This document shows, piece by piece, positions 36,008-45,444 of a stretch of 64,000 bases of DNA. The notes beneath the pieces were generated by a model, which saw only the letters and a program-made list of their open reading frames with translations, was not told where the DNA came from and did no database searches. Where the stretch lies: IMG/VR virus record IMGVR_UViG_3300032373_000001; one strand, written 5' to 3'. The stretch is from a virus. Lineage: Duplodnaviria > Caudoviricetes. The first letter of the stretch is position 1. The number at the start of each line of letters is the position of its first letter. Made by a program: the position numbers and the translations under genes.

Positions 36008-37581
36008 TTGAGGCCCATACGCCTCAGGGCATCCTGGCGGCTGAAGAACCCATAGCCGTCGATCTTCTCAATCAGCTGGCGGAGAGCTTCTCGTGCCTGA
36101 GCCTCGTACTCGAAGTTGGCACCGTGCGCGTTGGCCCGAAGCTCGATGATGTACACCGCATCGCGTAGCCCCGCTTGACCCGCCAGCTCGACCTGAGTCC
36201 CCATCGGCAGGCAGAGCATCGCCAGGCCCTTCAGGCCGTTGTTGTGGAACCAGAGGTAATGCTCGCGGCTCTTCTGCATCGCCTGAGTCAGCAGCGACTT
36301 CCCCCGCTCGCTCATACAGGGATAGCTGGGGTGGATGCGGAAGGAATCGCCCTTCCCCCACAGGATGCTCATGACCCAAGGGAACGCCGTTCGGTGACGG
36401 TGCCAGTCACGAGCAACCGCGAGGCTACACCGGAAGGTGATGTCTACGTCCGCAAGGTGGTTGTAGTAGGGGTCCAGGTAGGACCGGGCACCGACCTCAC
36501 GGTCGGGGACGCTGCCTGGGATGTGGTCCCGCTTGGCGTGGAGCTTGACTCGGACCTCGGACCCCGGAGTCCCCAAGAGCTTGAAGTCCCAGTTGTACTG
36601 GCTGGGACGAGCGGCTTCTCCGAAGCCGTCGCTCTGGTCGATGACGGCTTCTCGGAGGCCCATTCCCTTGAGTCCCGGCAGGGCCTGCTGGTACAGCTCG
36701 TGGGCGCGCTGCCAAGTGTCGAGGGACCCCGCCTCCTGGAGGAGTCTGGCGCGGTTGGCTCCCTCCTTGATGATGCGGGACCGCTCGCGCAGGTCGCCGG
36801 TGTGGGCGCAGCCCGTAGCGAAGGTGCCGGGGATTGCCCATCGAGCACGGTCCAGGGCAGGGCGGAACGGCTCCTTGTCCTTGATGCCAAACTTGGCCCG
36901 GTTCTCGGCGTCCTTGAAGTGTTCCCTCCACCAGCTGACCTCCGCATCGAAGACCTCGAACCACAGTCCGTGGATCTCCTTCAGCTGGGGCCAGACCTCC
37001 CAAGTCTCGCGGGAGGTCTCATCGGCGATAAGCACCCCCGGATCTTGGGGGTTGAGCGGGTTGTGGACGCGCTTCACGTCCCGTTCCTGGCTCTTCAAGT
37101 AGTAGCACTCGCGGGCCATGGGCCAGTCCTTCCTGCGGACTGCCCTCGTCGAGAACTCCTGCCCCGAGCACAGAGGGCTGTCGAACAGCTGGTATGCCGC
37201 GAGCCAGGAGATGCCCTCTGTGAAGCATGCCGGGGAGCCGGTCAGTTCCATGATCGAGCTGTGGCCGTAGTGCTGGACGAACTTGGCGAAGAACTCCCCC
37301 ACCTTTGGGTGAATGGGATACTGCGTCAATGCATCTTCTGCCAGGCCCCGCCAATCGACGGTCTCTGGGGCGATCTCTTCGAGATTGTCCCTCAATGTTT
37401 CTTGGACGGCCTCGACCACCTCAGCGTAGCGGGCACGGATGCCTCCGACCGGCATGCGGGAAGACATCGCCGCAAACATGGCTCGAACTTCGGGTGTGAG
37501 ACGGTGGTCCAGCCAGTAGAAGCCTTCGCCCATGGGGTGCTGCGAAGCGGACCGGCTTGCGTGGAGGTATTTGAACGTCAT
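36004..37581 (-). CDS. thyX: flavin-dependent thymidylate synthase, tandem two-domain ThyX-like form
   Basis: YGHSSIME, QEFSTR, DRARWAIP (domain 1); ARDWHRHR, LPMG, IIELR (domain 2). Start may be ATG 37533. Confidence 0.7.
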   Translation of the reverse strand: MTFKYLHASRSASQHPMGEGFYWLDHRLTPEVRAMFAAMSSRMPVGGIRARYAEVVEAVQETLRDNLEEIAPETVDWRGLAEDALTQYPIHPKVGEFFAKFVQHYGHSSIMELTGSPACFTEGISWLAAYQLFDSPLCSGQEFSTRAVRRKDWPMARECYYLKSQERDVKRVHNPLNPQDPGVLIADETSRETWEVWPQLKEIHGLWFEVFDAEVSWWREHFKDAENRAKFGIKDKEPFRPALDRARWAIPGTFATGCAHTGDLRERSRIIKEGANRARLLQEAGSLDTWQRAHELYQQALPGLKGMGLREAVIDQSDGFGEAARPSQYNWDFKLLGTPGSEVRVKLHAKRDHIPGSVPDREVGARSYLDPYYNHLADVDITFRCSLAVARDWHRHRTAFPWVMSILWGKGDSFRIHPSYPCMSERGKSLLTQAMQKSREHYLWFHNNGLKGLAMLCLPMGTQVELAGQAGLRDAVYIIELRANAHGANFEYEAQAREALRQLIEKIDGYGFFSRQDALRRMGLK

Positions 37582-37657
37582 GCGGGGGACTCCTTTTGAG
37601 GTCCTTTTTACCCGATGGACTGCCTATCAACCTGTCGAGGTCAGCAGGAGGAATTCG

Positions 37658-38689
37658 ATGCTGTCCATCCAAGCCCGTGCGTGGCGTGTATTGGCCCGTT
37701 TCCGCCAGAAGAATGCGGGTCCCCTCACAGACGTAAGCAAGCTCCGCCACCAAGCGGTGTTCCTCATGGGAGCCGGAGGCTCGGGCAAGGGTTATGTCTC
37801 CCATCGCTGGTTGAAGTACATGCCAGGGATCGGTGCCGCAGGTGCCTCTCGCAAGGAGTGGGGCGAGCGTGCCCTGCAAGAGATGAGCGAGCAGATGCGC
37901 GGCCTCTCCAACATGAGCTTCGAGAAGGCAAAGGCTGCCCTGGAGAAGAAGGGCATCCGTATCGAGCTGGTCGAAGGCGGGCGTGCCTCACTCCCCTTTC
38001 GCCTCTACACCTACGACAGCAGGGGCCAAGAGCACTTGGTGGCCCCTGCTCGCTGGGAAGAAGATCTCCCTCCTCAGATCTACGAAGAGGTCCAAGGACT
38101 GAAGGAGGTCGTCTTCGGCACCCCGGTCCATGAGCTTCCTTCCTACTGGAGACAGGTGAACCCTGACATCTACAAGGAGGAACTGGCCGGGTACATGGAG
38201 AGTCAGCCTGGGTATGTCCACGAGATGTCCTCGGAGATGTCTAAGGCATACTTCGAGGCGGCTTTGGAGACCGGTGACCCCCTCTTCGTCGACGGGACCG
38301 GCAGTAACCTCCGGAAGATGAATGCCCAGATCCAGGCGGCGAAGGCCGCTGGTTACAGGGTCTCGTTGGTCTTCGTGTTCGTGCCTCTCGCGGTGAACCA
38401 GATCCGAAACGCCACTCGCGCGCGTAAGGTCAACCCGATGGAGGTCACCCGTCAGTGGAAGCTGATCTCCAAGAACTACGCTGCCCTGCGGAACGTCGCC
38501 GACAAAGCCACTGTCGTCATCAACCGGAACGACCCTTCGGACCGCAAGAAGTACATCCAGAACGCGGACTTCATCAACGAGTTTATCCGCCGAGGGACGC
38601 GCGGCCAGTACGATGACCTGTACGCGCTGGTCGCAGCTCAGAGCCCCAACGAGTTGAGGGACTGGGGCGCGTTGCTCAAGGGGGAGTGA
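37658..38689 (+). CDS. zeta-toxin-like P-loop kinase
   Basis: AGGAGG RBS; FLMGAGGSGKG, VNPDIYKE, LFVDGTG, GYRVSLVFV...RNATRARKV. Confidence 0.7.
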   Translation: MLSIQARAWRVLARFRQKNAGPLTDVSKLRHQAVFLMGAGGSGKGYVSHRWLKYMPGIGAAGASRKEWGERALQEMSEQMRGLSNMSFEKAKAALEKKGIRIELVEGGRASLPFRLYTYDSRGQEHLVAPARWEEDLPPQIYEEVQGLKEVVFGTPVHELPSYWRQVNPDIYKEELAGYMESQPGYVHEMSSEMSKAYFEAALETGDPLFVDGTGSNLRKMNAQIQAAKAAGYRVSLVFVFVPLAVNQIRNATRARKVNPMEVTRQWKLISKNYAALRNVADKATVVINRNDPSDRKKYIQNADFINEFIRRGTRGQYDDLYALVAAQSPNELRDWGALLKGE

Positions 38690-38921
38690 GCCCTTCGTAC
38701 AAATCCGTAGGGTAGAGGGCTCCCGGCCGCTCCTCGACGCCGGTCTCCCGTATCAATCCCGGGAGGAGCAGGTCTACCTGCTCCTCGAAGTCATCGGGCA
38801 GCCCGGCAGCCTCGCGCACTGCTTCCCTGGCCGCATCCCTGAGCTGCCCGATGACCTCTTCCGTTAGGCTCAGCGGGTCCGCCCGCAGGCACAATTCGTC
38901 AGTCAGGATTTCGACGAGCAT
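38676..38921 (-). CDS. small acidic hypothetical protein
   Basis: 81 aa, AGGAG RBS. Confidence 0.6.
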   Translation of the reverse strand: MLVEILTDELCLRADPLSLTEEVIGQLRDAAREAVREAAGLPDDFEEQVDLLLPGLIRETGVEERPGALYPTDLYEGLTPP

Positions 38922-39107
38922 CTCCTTCCTCCGAGAATTGCTGTTCGTTCTGGCAGGCGTTTTATTACCACCGCTCGGTGGGGTCGCTCTGGAGTCGCTC
39001 CAGCTGCGGCCTCCACAACCGGCCTTCTGTACGCGACCCCGCTTCTCGTCGAGCTCCCAGTAGAAGCCGAACTGGCGGCCCTTGTGCGTGATGATGCTAC
39101 CGGGCAG

Positions 39108-39983
39108 TCACTCTTCGTCAGGGATGACTTCACCGAACCCACGGCAGATCTTGGAGGGACCCGCAAGGATCTCCCCGCAGGGGTTCGGCTGGTTCCTCAC
39201 CCGGTAGTTCTTGAGCCGTCCAAACTCTTCTTCCGCCTTCTTGTCGATGGCCTCCGCCTCGCTCGCGTACAACGGGGGGGACCTGACCGCCCACGCGGTG
39301 AGGAACCTGTTGAGGTCGCAGTCCGGGAACCTCGTGAGCACGCTCTGTCGGAAGAGGTCAAGTAGCTCGGCACGCATGCTGTCGTTGCCTGCTGCGTAGA
39401 GCCATGTGAGTCGGGCCTGTGCATCCCCGCCCCCCAGGTAGGGGCCACCGTAGGAATCGGTCAGGGCGTAGTCTTCTCGGCCCGTGTCGTAGAAGATACT
39501 GGGAGTCATGCCCCCGTTCGTGCCGTGCAGCCAGGGCCTGTAGTCCTTGTTGAGCTTGAACGGGTTGGTGCCCCTCGGAGTGGTTCGGCCGAACATCAGT
39601 GGCCACTCTCGGAACATGTCCACACCCACGTCGTAGAGGAGGATGCGGCCCATGGTGCTGTCGTACAGATACCATCCCCGCACGTCATCCACAGGGAACT
39701 TGCGGTCCATCCTCTTGTAGAAGCGGTCGAGGAACGCTTTGCCCTTAGAAGTCAGAGTGTAGGTGATGGTCAGCAGGGTCTCCCGCCCCTGGTTCTCTCG
39801 CGTCCGTTCCTCTCTCAGCAGTCGCTCCTGCACATACTCGACGGGCTCGGGTTCCTTCTTAGCGGGGGTCACCCCTCCGTAGAGGTAGTTCCGCCCCTGG
39901 GGGGCGAGCTTGTGTTTCTGCACCGGAGTTTGAACGTAGCCCTGCAGGCCCGCCACGTCCCAAGTGTACCAGTCTTCTCGCAC
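39108..39983 (-). CDS. hypothetical protein
   Basis: 291-aa ORF. Confidence 0.7.
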   Translation of the reverse strand: MREDWYTWDVAGLQGYVQTPVQKHKLAPQGRNYLYGGVTPAKKEPEPVEYVQERLLREERTRENQGRETLLTITYTLTSKGKAFLDRFYKRMDRKFPVDDVRGWYLYDSTMGRILLYDVGVDMFREWPLMFGRTTPRGTNPFKLNKDYRPWLHGTNGGMTPSIFYDTGREDYALTDSYGGPYLGGGDAQARLTWLYAAGNDSMRAELLDLFRQSVLTRFPDCDLNRFLTAWAVRSPPLYASEAEAIDKKAEEEFGRLKNYRVRNQPNPCGEILAGPSKICRGFGEVIPDEE

Positions 39984-39998
39984 GGTTTCTCCAATTAG

Positions 39999-40034
39999 AA
40001 AAGTCCCCCAGAGCAGGACCTCTGGGGGACTTTT
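39999..40034. terminator. bidirectional-looking terminator
   Basis: AAAAGTCCCCCAGAG/CTCTGGGGGACTTTT, 15-bp inverted repeat. Confidence 0.85.
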
Positions 40035-40050
40035 ACGGGGCGGGCAGGTC

Positions 40051-40734
40051 TCAGACCAATCGCTTCTTCTCCAGCTGCTGGTCGGCCAAGTAGGCTTCCT
40101 TGTACCGCTGGTCCTTGCTGGTCTTCTGGACGATGACGTAGGTGGTCAGGATGCCTCCGGCGACTGCCAACACCACCAAGAGGATGACGATTTTGGCCTT
40201 GCCGCTGTCCTTGCTGTCGCCGCCGAAGAAGTTGCCGAGGTTGCTCATGATGCCGGGGGCTTCTCGCAGGAAGCTGGCGGTGTTGTGGACCTGAGCGAAG
40301 GTGTTCCAGCCAGTCACGGCGTAGTCTCCGAAGTTGGCCTCCCCGCGTGCTCGCCGCATCGCCAGCTGCCGCCAGCTCTGGACCGTGATGGCCAGGCCGC
40401 TGCCGAGGATGGGCAGGATGATGACCATGTACCCCAGCTCGAAGAACGCCTGGAGTGAGGCGGGGTCCAGGATCATGCCCGTCAGGGTCTCCCCCTCGCT
40501 GGCGAAGACCTGCATTGGGGTGGCCGAGGCGATCAGGCCCAGCACCAGCAGGTAGCACCAGGTGAAGCCGCTGGCACTCATCACCGCACCCATCCAGGTC
40601 ATGAAGTGGGCCGCGCCTCCTTTGGCTTTGGATGCGTCCCAGACCTTGCCTACGCTGACGGCGTTGAACCAGCTGATGGCGAAATTGAGAATGAACACGA
40701 GGTAGATCACGGAGGTCTCCTTGGGAGGGGTCAA
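40051..40734 (-). CDS. integral membrane protein (about 4 TM)
   Basis: Four hydrophobic segments; start possibly slightly downstream. Confidence 0.8.
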   Translation of the reverse strand: MTPPKETSVIYLVFILNFAISWFNAVSVGKVWDASKAKGGAAHFMTWMGAVMSASGFTWCYLLVLGLIASATPMQVFASEGETLTGMILDPASLQAFFELGYMVIILPILGSGLAITVQSWRQLAMRRARGEANFGDYAVTGWNTFAQVHNTASFLREAPGIMSNLGNFFGGDSKDSGKAKIVILLVVLAVAGGILTTYVIVQKTSKDQRYKEAYLADQQLEKKRLV

Positions 40735-40777
40735 TTCCCCCTTACGGCTCCCAGAGCCGGAATATTTCTCGAACGTG

Positions 40778-40804
40778 AAAGGCCCCCCGGTGTGGGGGGC
40801 CTTT
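40778..40804. terminator. terminator
   Basis: AAAGGCCCCCC-GGTGT-GGGGGGCCTTT. Confidence 0.75.
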
Positions 40805-41118
40805 GTTCAGGGGGTCCGTTGAGATCAGGCAGGAACTGAGTCCGTCCCCAAGTCCCCTTCGGTCTCGGGCTGGTTGCGGAAGATGTAGGCTTCCAGACCC
40901 CCACTCGAAATCCTTTTGGGGTTTCCTGCCCTTATGTGGGCCGTCCCCCGGTGGATTTCCGCCGCGCTTCCTTGACGGCCTGGATTGCGCGGTCGAGGAC
41001 CTCTCTCAGTTCTCCCAGCCCACATTCCAGCTCAACCAAAGCTGCTGCGGAGTCCGCCCCCCATCCTGCGCGAGTCGTTCGAACAGCTGTTCCAGGATCG
41101 TCTGCTGAAGGGTCCCCG

Positions 41119-41427
41119 TCATGTGCAGCTGACAGCGGATCGCAGCGCTGGCCTCTTGGTTGAGGGGGTAGCCGCCCCGTCGAGCCCGACCAGCTGTCGG
41201 ATCTGGCGGACCCGAGGCATCACCACTTCGAGGGTCTCGCCCGCCTCGACGTTGAGCCAATAGCGGATGGCTTCCGCACCCTCCGGGGGAGTCTTCGCTC
41301 GGAGAATTTCTCGGACGTCGAAGGCGATGGCAGGGTCCGGGAACTCGTGGTTGCCGGGGTCTTCCCACCCCACCTTCAGGTAGAGGTGCAGGCAGTCTTC
41401 GTCGGTCAGGTTGTCGATGTCGATCAT
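41119..41427 (-). CDS. hypothetical protein
   Basis: 102 aa, ATGA-coupled. Confidence 0.65.
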   Translation of the reverse strand: MIDIDNLTDEDCLHLYLKVGWEDPGNHEFPDPAIAFDVREILRAKTPPEGAEAIRYWLNVEAGETLEVVMPRVRQIRQLVGLDGAATPSTKRPALRSAVSCT

Positions 41428-41798
41428 GTTGCCCTCAACGGTCGCATGGGGATGGAGTGGATCAGGATCTCACTGAGGTTGTGGGGGTCCTCACAGTCGA
41501 GGTTCTCGCAGCGCAATTCCCCCAGCGGCGGGTCGGACTCCCAACAATCCCAGTCGGCCATGTCTTCGGGGTCTGGGGGGTGCTCCAGGTGCTCCCGGAC
41601 GATGGAGTTTCGCCGGGATTCGCGGGGGACCCATATGCGGATGGAGTCGACCAAGAGCTGTTCGCATTCGGAACACATGACGGGGACGTCCGCCCCTTCC
41701 ATGACCCCCAAGAGCCGCTCTTCGATCAAGGCTTCCCGCACAGACTTCTTAGCCGTCCGGAGAGCTTCCTCGGCTACCTTCTTGAGGGGTCGGTCCAT
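41424..41798 (-). CDS. hypothetical protein (CxxC...CxxxxC)
   Basis: 124 aa, GGAGG RBS. Confidence 0.65.
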   Translation of the reverse strand: MDRPLKKVAEEALRTAKKSVREALIEERLLGVMEGADVPVMCSECEQLLVDSIRIWVPRESRRNSIVREHLEHPPDPEDMADWDCWESDPPLGELRCENLDCEDPHNLSEILIHSIPMRPLRAT

Positions 41799-41810
41799 CG
41801 ATGGCCTCCT

Positions 41811-42017
41811 TCATCTTCGTCGAGCCTTGTAGGCCAGGAGCCGCCAGGCATCCTGGCACCCCAGCTGGTTACTGACGGCCAAGGCTTCCCCCAAGCACTC
41901 CGGCAGCGGGCCTCTGTTCTCCACCCAGGCCATGAGGGCTGCCCCTTTCTTTTCTCCGAGAGCTTCCACGACGGAGTTGAGCTGGCCCGTCGTGGAGTCC
42001 TGACGCTGCCACATCAT
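41811..42017 (-). CDS. small hypothetical protein
   Basis: ATGA overlap with the upstream gene. Confidence 0.55.
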   Translation of the reverse strand: MMWQRQDSTTGQLNSVVEALGEKKGAALMAWVENRGPLPECLGEALAVSNQLGCQDAWRLLAYKARRR

Positions 42018-42835
42018 TCCCCCCAAGCCTCATCTTCCCAGTCGTATCGACGACGGGAGAACCGGCGGTACAGAGGTTCCGGCTCCGTCTTGGTCGGCAG
42101 GCGGAGGTAGTCTCTGTTAGGCCTCAGGTCAGCTTCGGGGACCAGGGCCAGCGCCTCGAACGGAGCAGCGACGTCGGCCCAGTATGCCAGGAGTTCTTCG
42201 GGTCGCGTTTCGAAGATGTTCGGTCCGAATAAGAATCCCCCGCCGTTTCCGGGGCGGAAGAAGCCTGAGTCCTGCCGCACCCGGTGGATCAGTCGCCTAA
42301 TCTCGGTGTGCTTCACCTCGTAGCCTTGGCCTACAAGGACGTTCCGGACAGCGGTGGGGTGGTTGAACAGGAACTTCCACTGCCCCAGGAGCAGCGAGAG
42401 GTGCGACCACAAGGCATCCTTCTGGGCCTCTCGGCCCTCGGGCAGCTGGTACTCCAGGGCGCGTCGGTCCTGGGTCTGGGTCCAGTGCCAGAAGCGGCGG
42501 GAAGAGATGAGGGGCATCACTCCCTTGGCCCAAGGCTGGGGCATGTGCATCCGGTCCAGGTCGCTGTGTATCTTCCAGTAGAAGGAGGCCGGGTCTCCGC
42601 TTCGGCTCTTCTGGTAACGGAGAACGCTGGCCGTCTTGCAGATGCCGATGCCCACCGACGACCACTCAGGCTCACCCTTCGGACGCCGCCGCCGCTCTTC
42701 GTGGAGTCGCTCGTTGAGCCCGAAACCCCGTCCCCCCTCAGGTCGGACGACGCGGAAGCTGCAGCTTCCATCCCCGCACATCTCCAGGCAGATGCCGTCC
42801 TTGTTGATGGTCGTGCGTCGGTGGGTGTCGGCCAT
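42014..42835 (-). CDS. hypothetical protein
   Basis: 273 aa, AGGAG RBS. Confidence 0.7.
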   Translation of the reverse strand: MADTHRRTTINKDGICLEMCGDGSCSFRVVRPEGGRGFGLNERLHEERRRRPKGEPEWSSVGIGICKTASVLRYQKSRSGDPASFYWKIHSDLDRMHMPQPWAKGVMPLISSRRFWHWTQTQDRRALEYQLPEGREAQKDALWSHLSLLLGQWKFLFNHPTAVRNVLVGQGYEVKHTEIRRLIHRVRQDSGFFRPGNGGGFLFGPNIFETRPEELLAYWADVAAPFEALALVPEADLRPNRDYLRLPTKTEPEPLYRRFSRRRYDWEDEAWGE

Positions 42836-42872
42836 GTCGGCTCCTCTCGGGTCAGGGGTCCATTACGGGCAT

Positions 42873-42903
42873 GCGAAGGGACGGCAACAAGCCGTCCCTT
42901 CGC
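42873..42903 (-). terminator. terminator-like hairpin
   Basis: 13-bp stem GCGAAGGGACGGC/GCCGTCCCTTCGC. Confidence 0.65.
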
Positions 42904-42928
42904 TCCCTTGTGGAATTCAGAAATTAGT

Positions 42929-43183
42929 TCACTCTTCGTACCCCCCCTCCAAATGAGAGGAGATGATGGCTCCGGCCTTGTCGTATTCGTCGGTGAACGT
43001 CGGGTGGGTGTAGCGGACCCAGAAGGCGATGGAAGAGGGGTCTGGCACAAACCCCTCTTTGAGGAGTGACCTGTAGCAGGCGTCGGCCCACTCCTGGATC
43101 TGCGGTGTGGACGGGAAGGCCCCGTTCTCCCCCGAGGGGAACGGGGTTGGAGGATGACCTGCGGGCACGATGAGCTTGAACAT
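42929..43183 (-). CDS. small hypothetical protein
   Basis: 84-aa ORF. Confidence 0.6.
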   Translation of the reverse strand: MFKLIVPAGHPPTPFPSGENGAFPSTPQIQEWADACYRSLLKEGFVPDPSSIAFWVRYTHPTFTDEYDKAGAIISSHLEGGYEE

Positions 43184-43202
43184 GCCCGCAGATTACCCGT
43201 CT

Positions 43203-43565
43203 TCAGGGCAATCCGTTGTGCTTCAGCTGGTGCCGGGTCCACTCCACGCGGCACCAGCGGAGGTCACCGTCGTCTCTCCAGCAGATGACCGGGTACTTCC
43301 GGCGAGACAGGTCCCAGCCGATGATCCTGTGAACCTTCCCGTCGCAGTAGAACTCTCGCAGATACCACGAGGAGTCACCCCCCTTGAGGAGGGCACCTCG
43401 ATGAAACTCCGAGGGAGCCTCCTCGCCCTCGGCGAAGAACTGGAACTGCACCGTGAGGGTTCCGCTCTCATGGCGACTAAAGAGTTCCCGGACCTCGTAG
43501 CCGAAGGAGCTGGCGATGGCCTGCATGGCGCTCCGGGCGACCGTGGCAAGACCCTCCCAGTTCAC
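43203..43565 (-). CDS. hypothetical protein
   Basis: 120 aa, GTGA-coupled. Confidence 0.65.
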   Translation of the reverse strand: MNWEGLATVARSAMQAIASSFGYEVRELFSRHESGTLTVQFQFFAEGEEAPSEFHRGALLKGGDSSWYLREFYCDGKVHRIIGWDLSRRKYPVICWRDDGDLRWCRVEWTRHQLKHNGLP

Positions 43566-43726
43566 GGCAGGACCACGGCGAGGGCATACTCCGGGTTGCT
43601 GAGGAGGTCCTGGGCGATCATGGCGAACAGGAAGAGGTATGCCATCATGAGGATGCCGAAGGGGTAGTTCTGCTTCTCTTTGTCCAGGACGGTCTCCTGC
43701 GGGAAGGTGGTGGCCGTCGTCTTCAT
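43562..43726 (-). CDS. small membrane protein (54 aa)
   Basis: Hand-translated: MKTTATTF...PFGILMMAYLFLFAMIA...; overlaps the next start. Confidence 0.55.
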   Translation of the reverse strand: MKTTATTFPQETVLDKEKQNYPFGILMMAYLFLFAMIAQDLLSNPEYALAVVLP

Positions 43727-43727
43727 G

Positions 43728-43940
43728 TCAAGCCTCGCGGTGGGGGTTGTGCTCGTCGCTGTTGTGCTCGCGGACCAGGTCTCGCGCCCATTTCTTCAGT
43801 GCCGGCGGGAGCTCCCCATACTCGGGGAGCCTGGTGAAGTTCTCTCCGTTGAAGCCCGATGAGACGACCGTGCCGAAGAGGTCAGCCAGCCGGGGGTCCT
43901 TGATGCAGTGGTTCTCGTCGATGTAGTATCCGTAGCCCAT
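43728..43940 (-). CDS. small hypothetical protein
   Basis: ATG 43940 (MGYGYYIDENHC...). Confidence 0.6.
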   Translation of the reverse strand: MGYGYYIDENHCIKDPRLADLFGTVVSSGFNGENFTRLPEYGELPPALKKWARDLVREHNSDEHNPHREA

Positions 43941-43944
43941 GAGG

Positions 43945-44280
43945 TCACCCCTTGCGGCGGTTGAAGAATGGGGGGATGCGGCCAGCCGTGATGCTCCGCG
44001 CGACGTTCTTGGCGGCGGTGGTGGCCATCTCGGCGAAGTCGGCGAAGTCGACATCCCAGCGGAAGGTGTTGACTTCATCACCTTCGTTCGGGTCCAGGCG
44101 CACGAATTCGATGCGCAGGCCGGTTGCCTCAGCGATGACCTCGACGAAGTCGTTCTTTCTCCCGCTCGGGAGGAGCATGTCGGAGTTGATGACCGTGAAG
44201 TTCTGGGCGGGGGAACCGTCGCTGAAGGGTGCTGCCACCACGTCAGACATGTTCTCCGGGCCGATGACAAAACCGCTCAT
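43945..44280 (-). CDS. hypothetical protein
   Basis: 111 aa. Confidence 0.7.
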   Translation of the reverse strand: MSGFVIGPENMSDVVAAPFSDGSPAQNFTVINSDMLLPSGRKNDFVEVIAEATGLRIEFVRLDPNEGDEVNTFRWDVDFADFAEMATTAAKNVARSITAGRIPPFFNRRKG

Positions 44281-44283
44281 GGC

Positions 44284-44583
44284 TCACTCCTCGCCGGTGT
44301 AGGGTGCGTAGCAGATGATGACCTCGTCATAGGTCACGGTCCCCTCGCCGACCTTCAGGTCCGAGGGGTGCTTCTTGACCCAGCTGGTCTTCTCGTTGAG
44401 CTGCTTCCAGTCCTGGCCGATGCGGGCCACGCCGGACTTGACCGCCTCGAAGTTCTCGGCCTGCTCCGGGGTGGGGTCAGCCCAGTCGCTGGAGGCGAAC
44501 TGGATGCCGCTGTGCTGGTCATCGACGCCCATCCAGGACAGTGCGCCGCTGATGTCGTAGGTGTCGAACGCGCGAAGGGTCAT
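44284..44583 (-). CDS. hypothetical protein
   Basis: GGAG RBS before ATG 44583, downstream of the promoter. Confidence 0.7.
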   Translation of the reverse strand: MTLRAFDTYDISGALSWMGVDDQHSGIQFASSDWADPTPEQAENFEAVKSGVARIGQDWKQLNEKTSWVKKHPSDLKVGEGTVTYDEVIICYAPYTGEE

Positions 44584-44615
44584 GGTAGGCTCCATGGGAG
44601 GGGGATTCACAGTCG

Positions 44616-44643
44616 TTACGGGCAAAAGCAGAATCAGAAATCA
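44616..44643 (-). promoter_or_regulatory. class-1 promoter motif
   Basis: Exact TGATTTC-N15-CCGTAA. Confidence 0.75.
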
Positions 44644-44680
44644 ATGGGGGGCAGGGCAGAAAATCCCCGCCCCCGGAGGC

Positions 44681-45211
44681 TCAGGTCAGGCCCATCAGCT
44701 GGGCGCAGTCGGGGCCGATGCCCCGGTCGACCGACGAGGGCACGGTCAGGGCACGACCGCAGCGAGCACAGTGCCCGTGGTGCAGCACCCGGATGGTGTG
44801 CAGGCGGTCGTGCTGCGCCGCGCCGATGGTCCAGGTGAGAACGACCTCGCTGAGGTGTTTCTTCTGGACTTCCACCTTGCTCTTGCTGCTGGGGCGGTAG
44901 GTGCCATCTTCGCCGAGGGTGCCGACGAACTGGTAGTCGCCCGAGTGGGGCGAGTTGTCCCCACCGACGAGCACGTCGACCATGTGGCGGTCGAAGCCCT
45001 TCGGCTTGCGCGTGCGGAAGGTCACCCGCGTGCCGGTCTTGTCGTTGACGATGGTGAAGACGGCCTTCTTGCCGGGTTTTTTCTTGATCCAGGGCTTGTA
45101 CGCCTTCTGGGACTCGGGGGGGGCGGTCATGTACGCGAGGACCGCGTTGGCGGCCAGCTCGCCAGCGTTGAAGTCGAACTGAACGATCTCGACAGCGTTT
45201 TCGGTGTTCAC
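44681..45211 (-). CDS. DUF6011-like Zn-finger protein
   Basis: C-terminal HCARCGRALTVPSSVDRGIGPDC. Confidence 0.75.
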   Translation of the reverse strand: MNTENAVEIVQFDFNAGELAANAVLAYMTAPPESQKAYKPWIKKKPGKKAVFTIVNDKTGTRVTFRTRKPKGFDRHMVDVLVGGDNSPHSGDYQFVGTLGEDGTYRPSSKSKVEVQKKHLSEVVLTWTIGAAQHDRLHTIRVLHHGHCARCGRALTVPSSVDRGIGPDCAQLMGLT

Positions 45212-45281
45212 AGCAGCTCCTTGCGCGCTCAGCGCGGCGGGATTGGCGGTTAATGCGGCATCTCAGCCGCTCTCATCGTCA

Positions 45282-45309
45282 TTACGGTCAAAATCGACGG
45301 CGGAAATCA
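45282..45309 (-). promoter_or_regulatory. class-1 promoter motif (divergent pair, leftward)
   Basis: Exact motif. Confidence 0.75.
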
Positions 45310-45384
45310 AACGGCCACCCCAAAATCGCCAAATTTGCGGCGATGGCGTATCCGCCGCAATTCTGCTGAATTTCAACCGCTGGC

Positions 45385-45412
45385 TGATTTCCGTCGTTGA
45401 ATTCTCCCGTAA
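45385..45412 (+). promoter_or_regulatory. class-1 promoter motif (divergent pair, rightward)
   Basis: Exact motif, followed by TGTGGGTGA. Confidence 0.75.
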
Positions 45413-45444
45413 TGTGGGTGACCCCCTCCTCTCGGAGCTTAACG

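Noticed and set aside
40930-41122. Possible small minus-strand genes
   Set aside because: Two competing short frames; neither has a convincing RBS plus start.
43728-43940. LADLFG in a 70-aa protein as a sixth docking motif
   Set aside because: Lacks the aromatic/Leu before D and the acidic context, and the protein has no DNA-enzyme features; probably chance.
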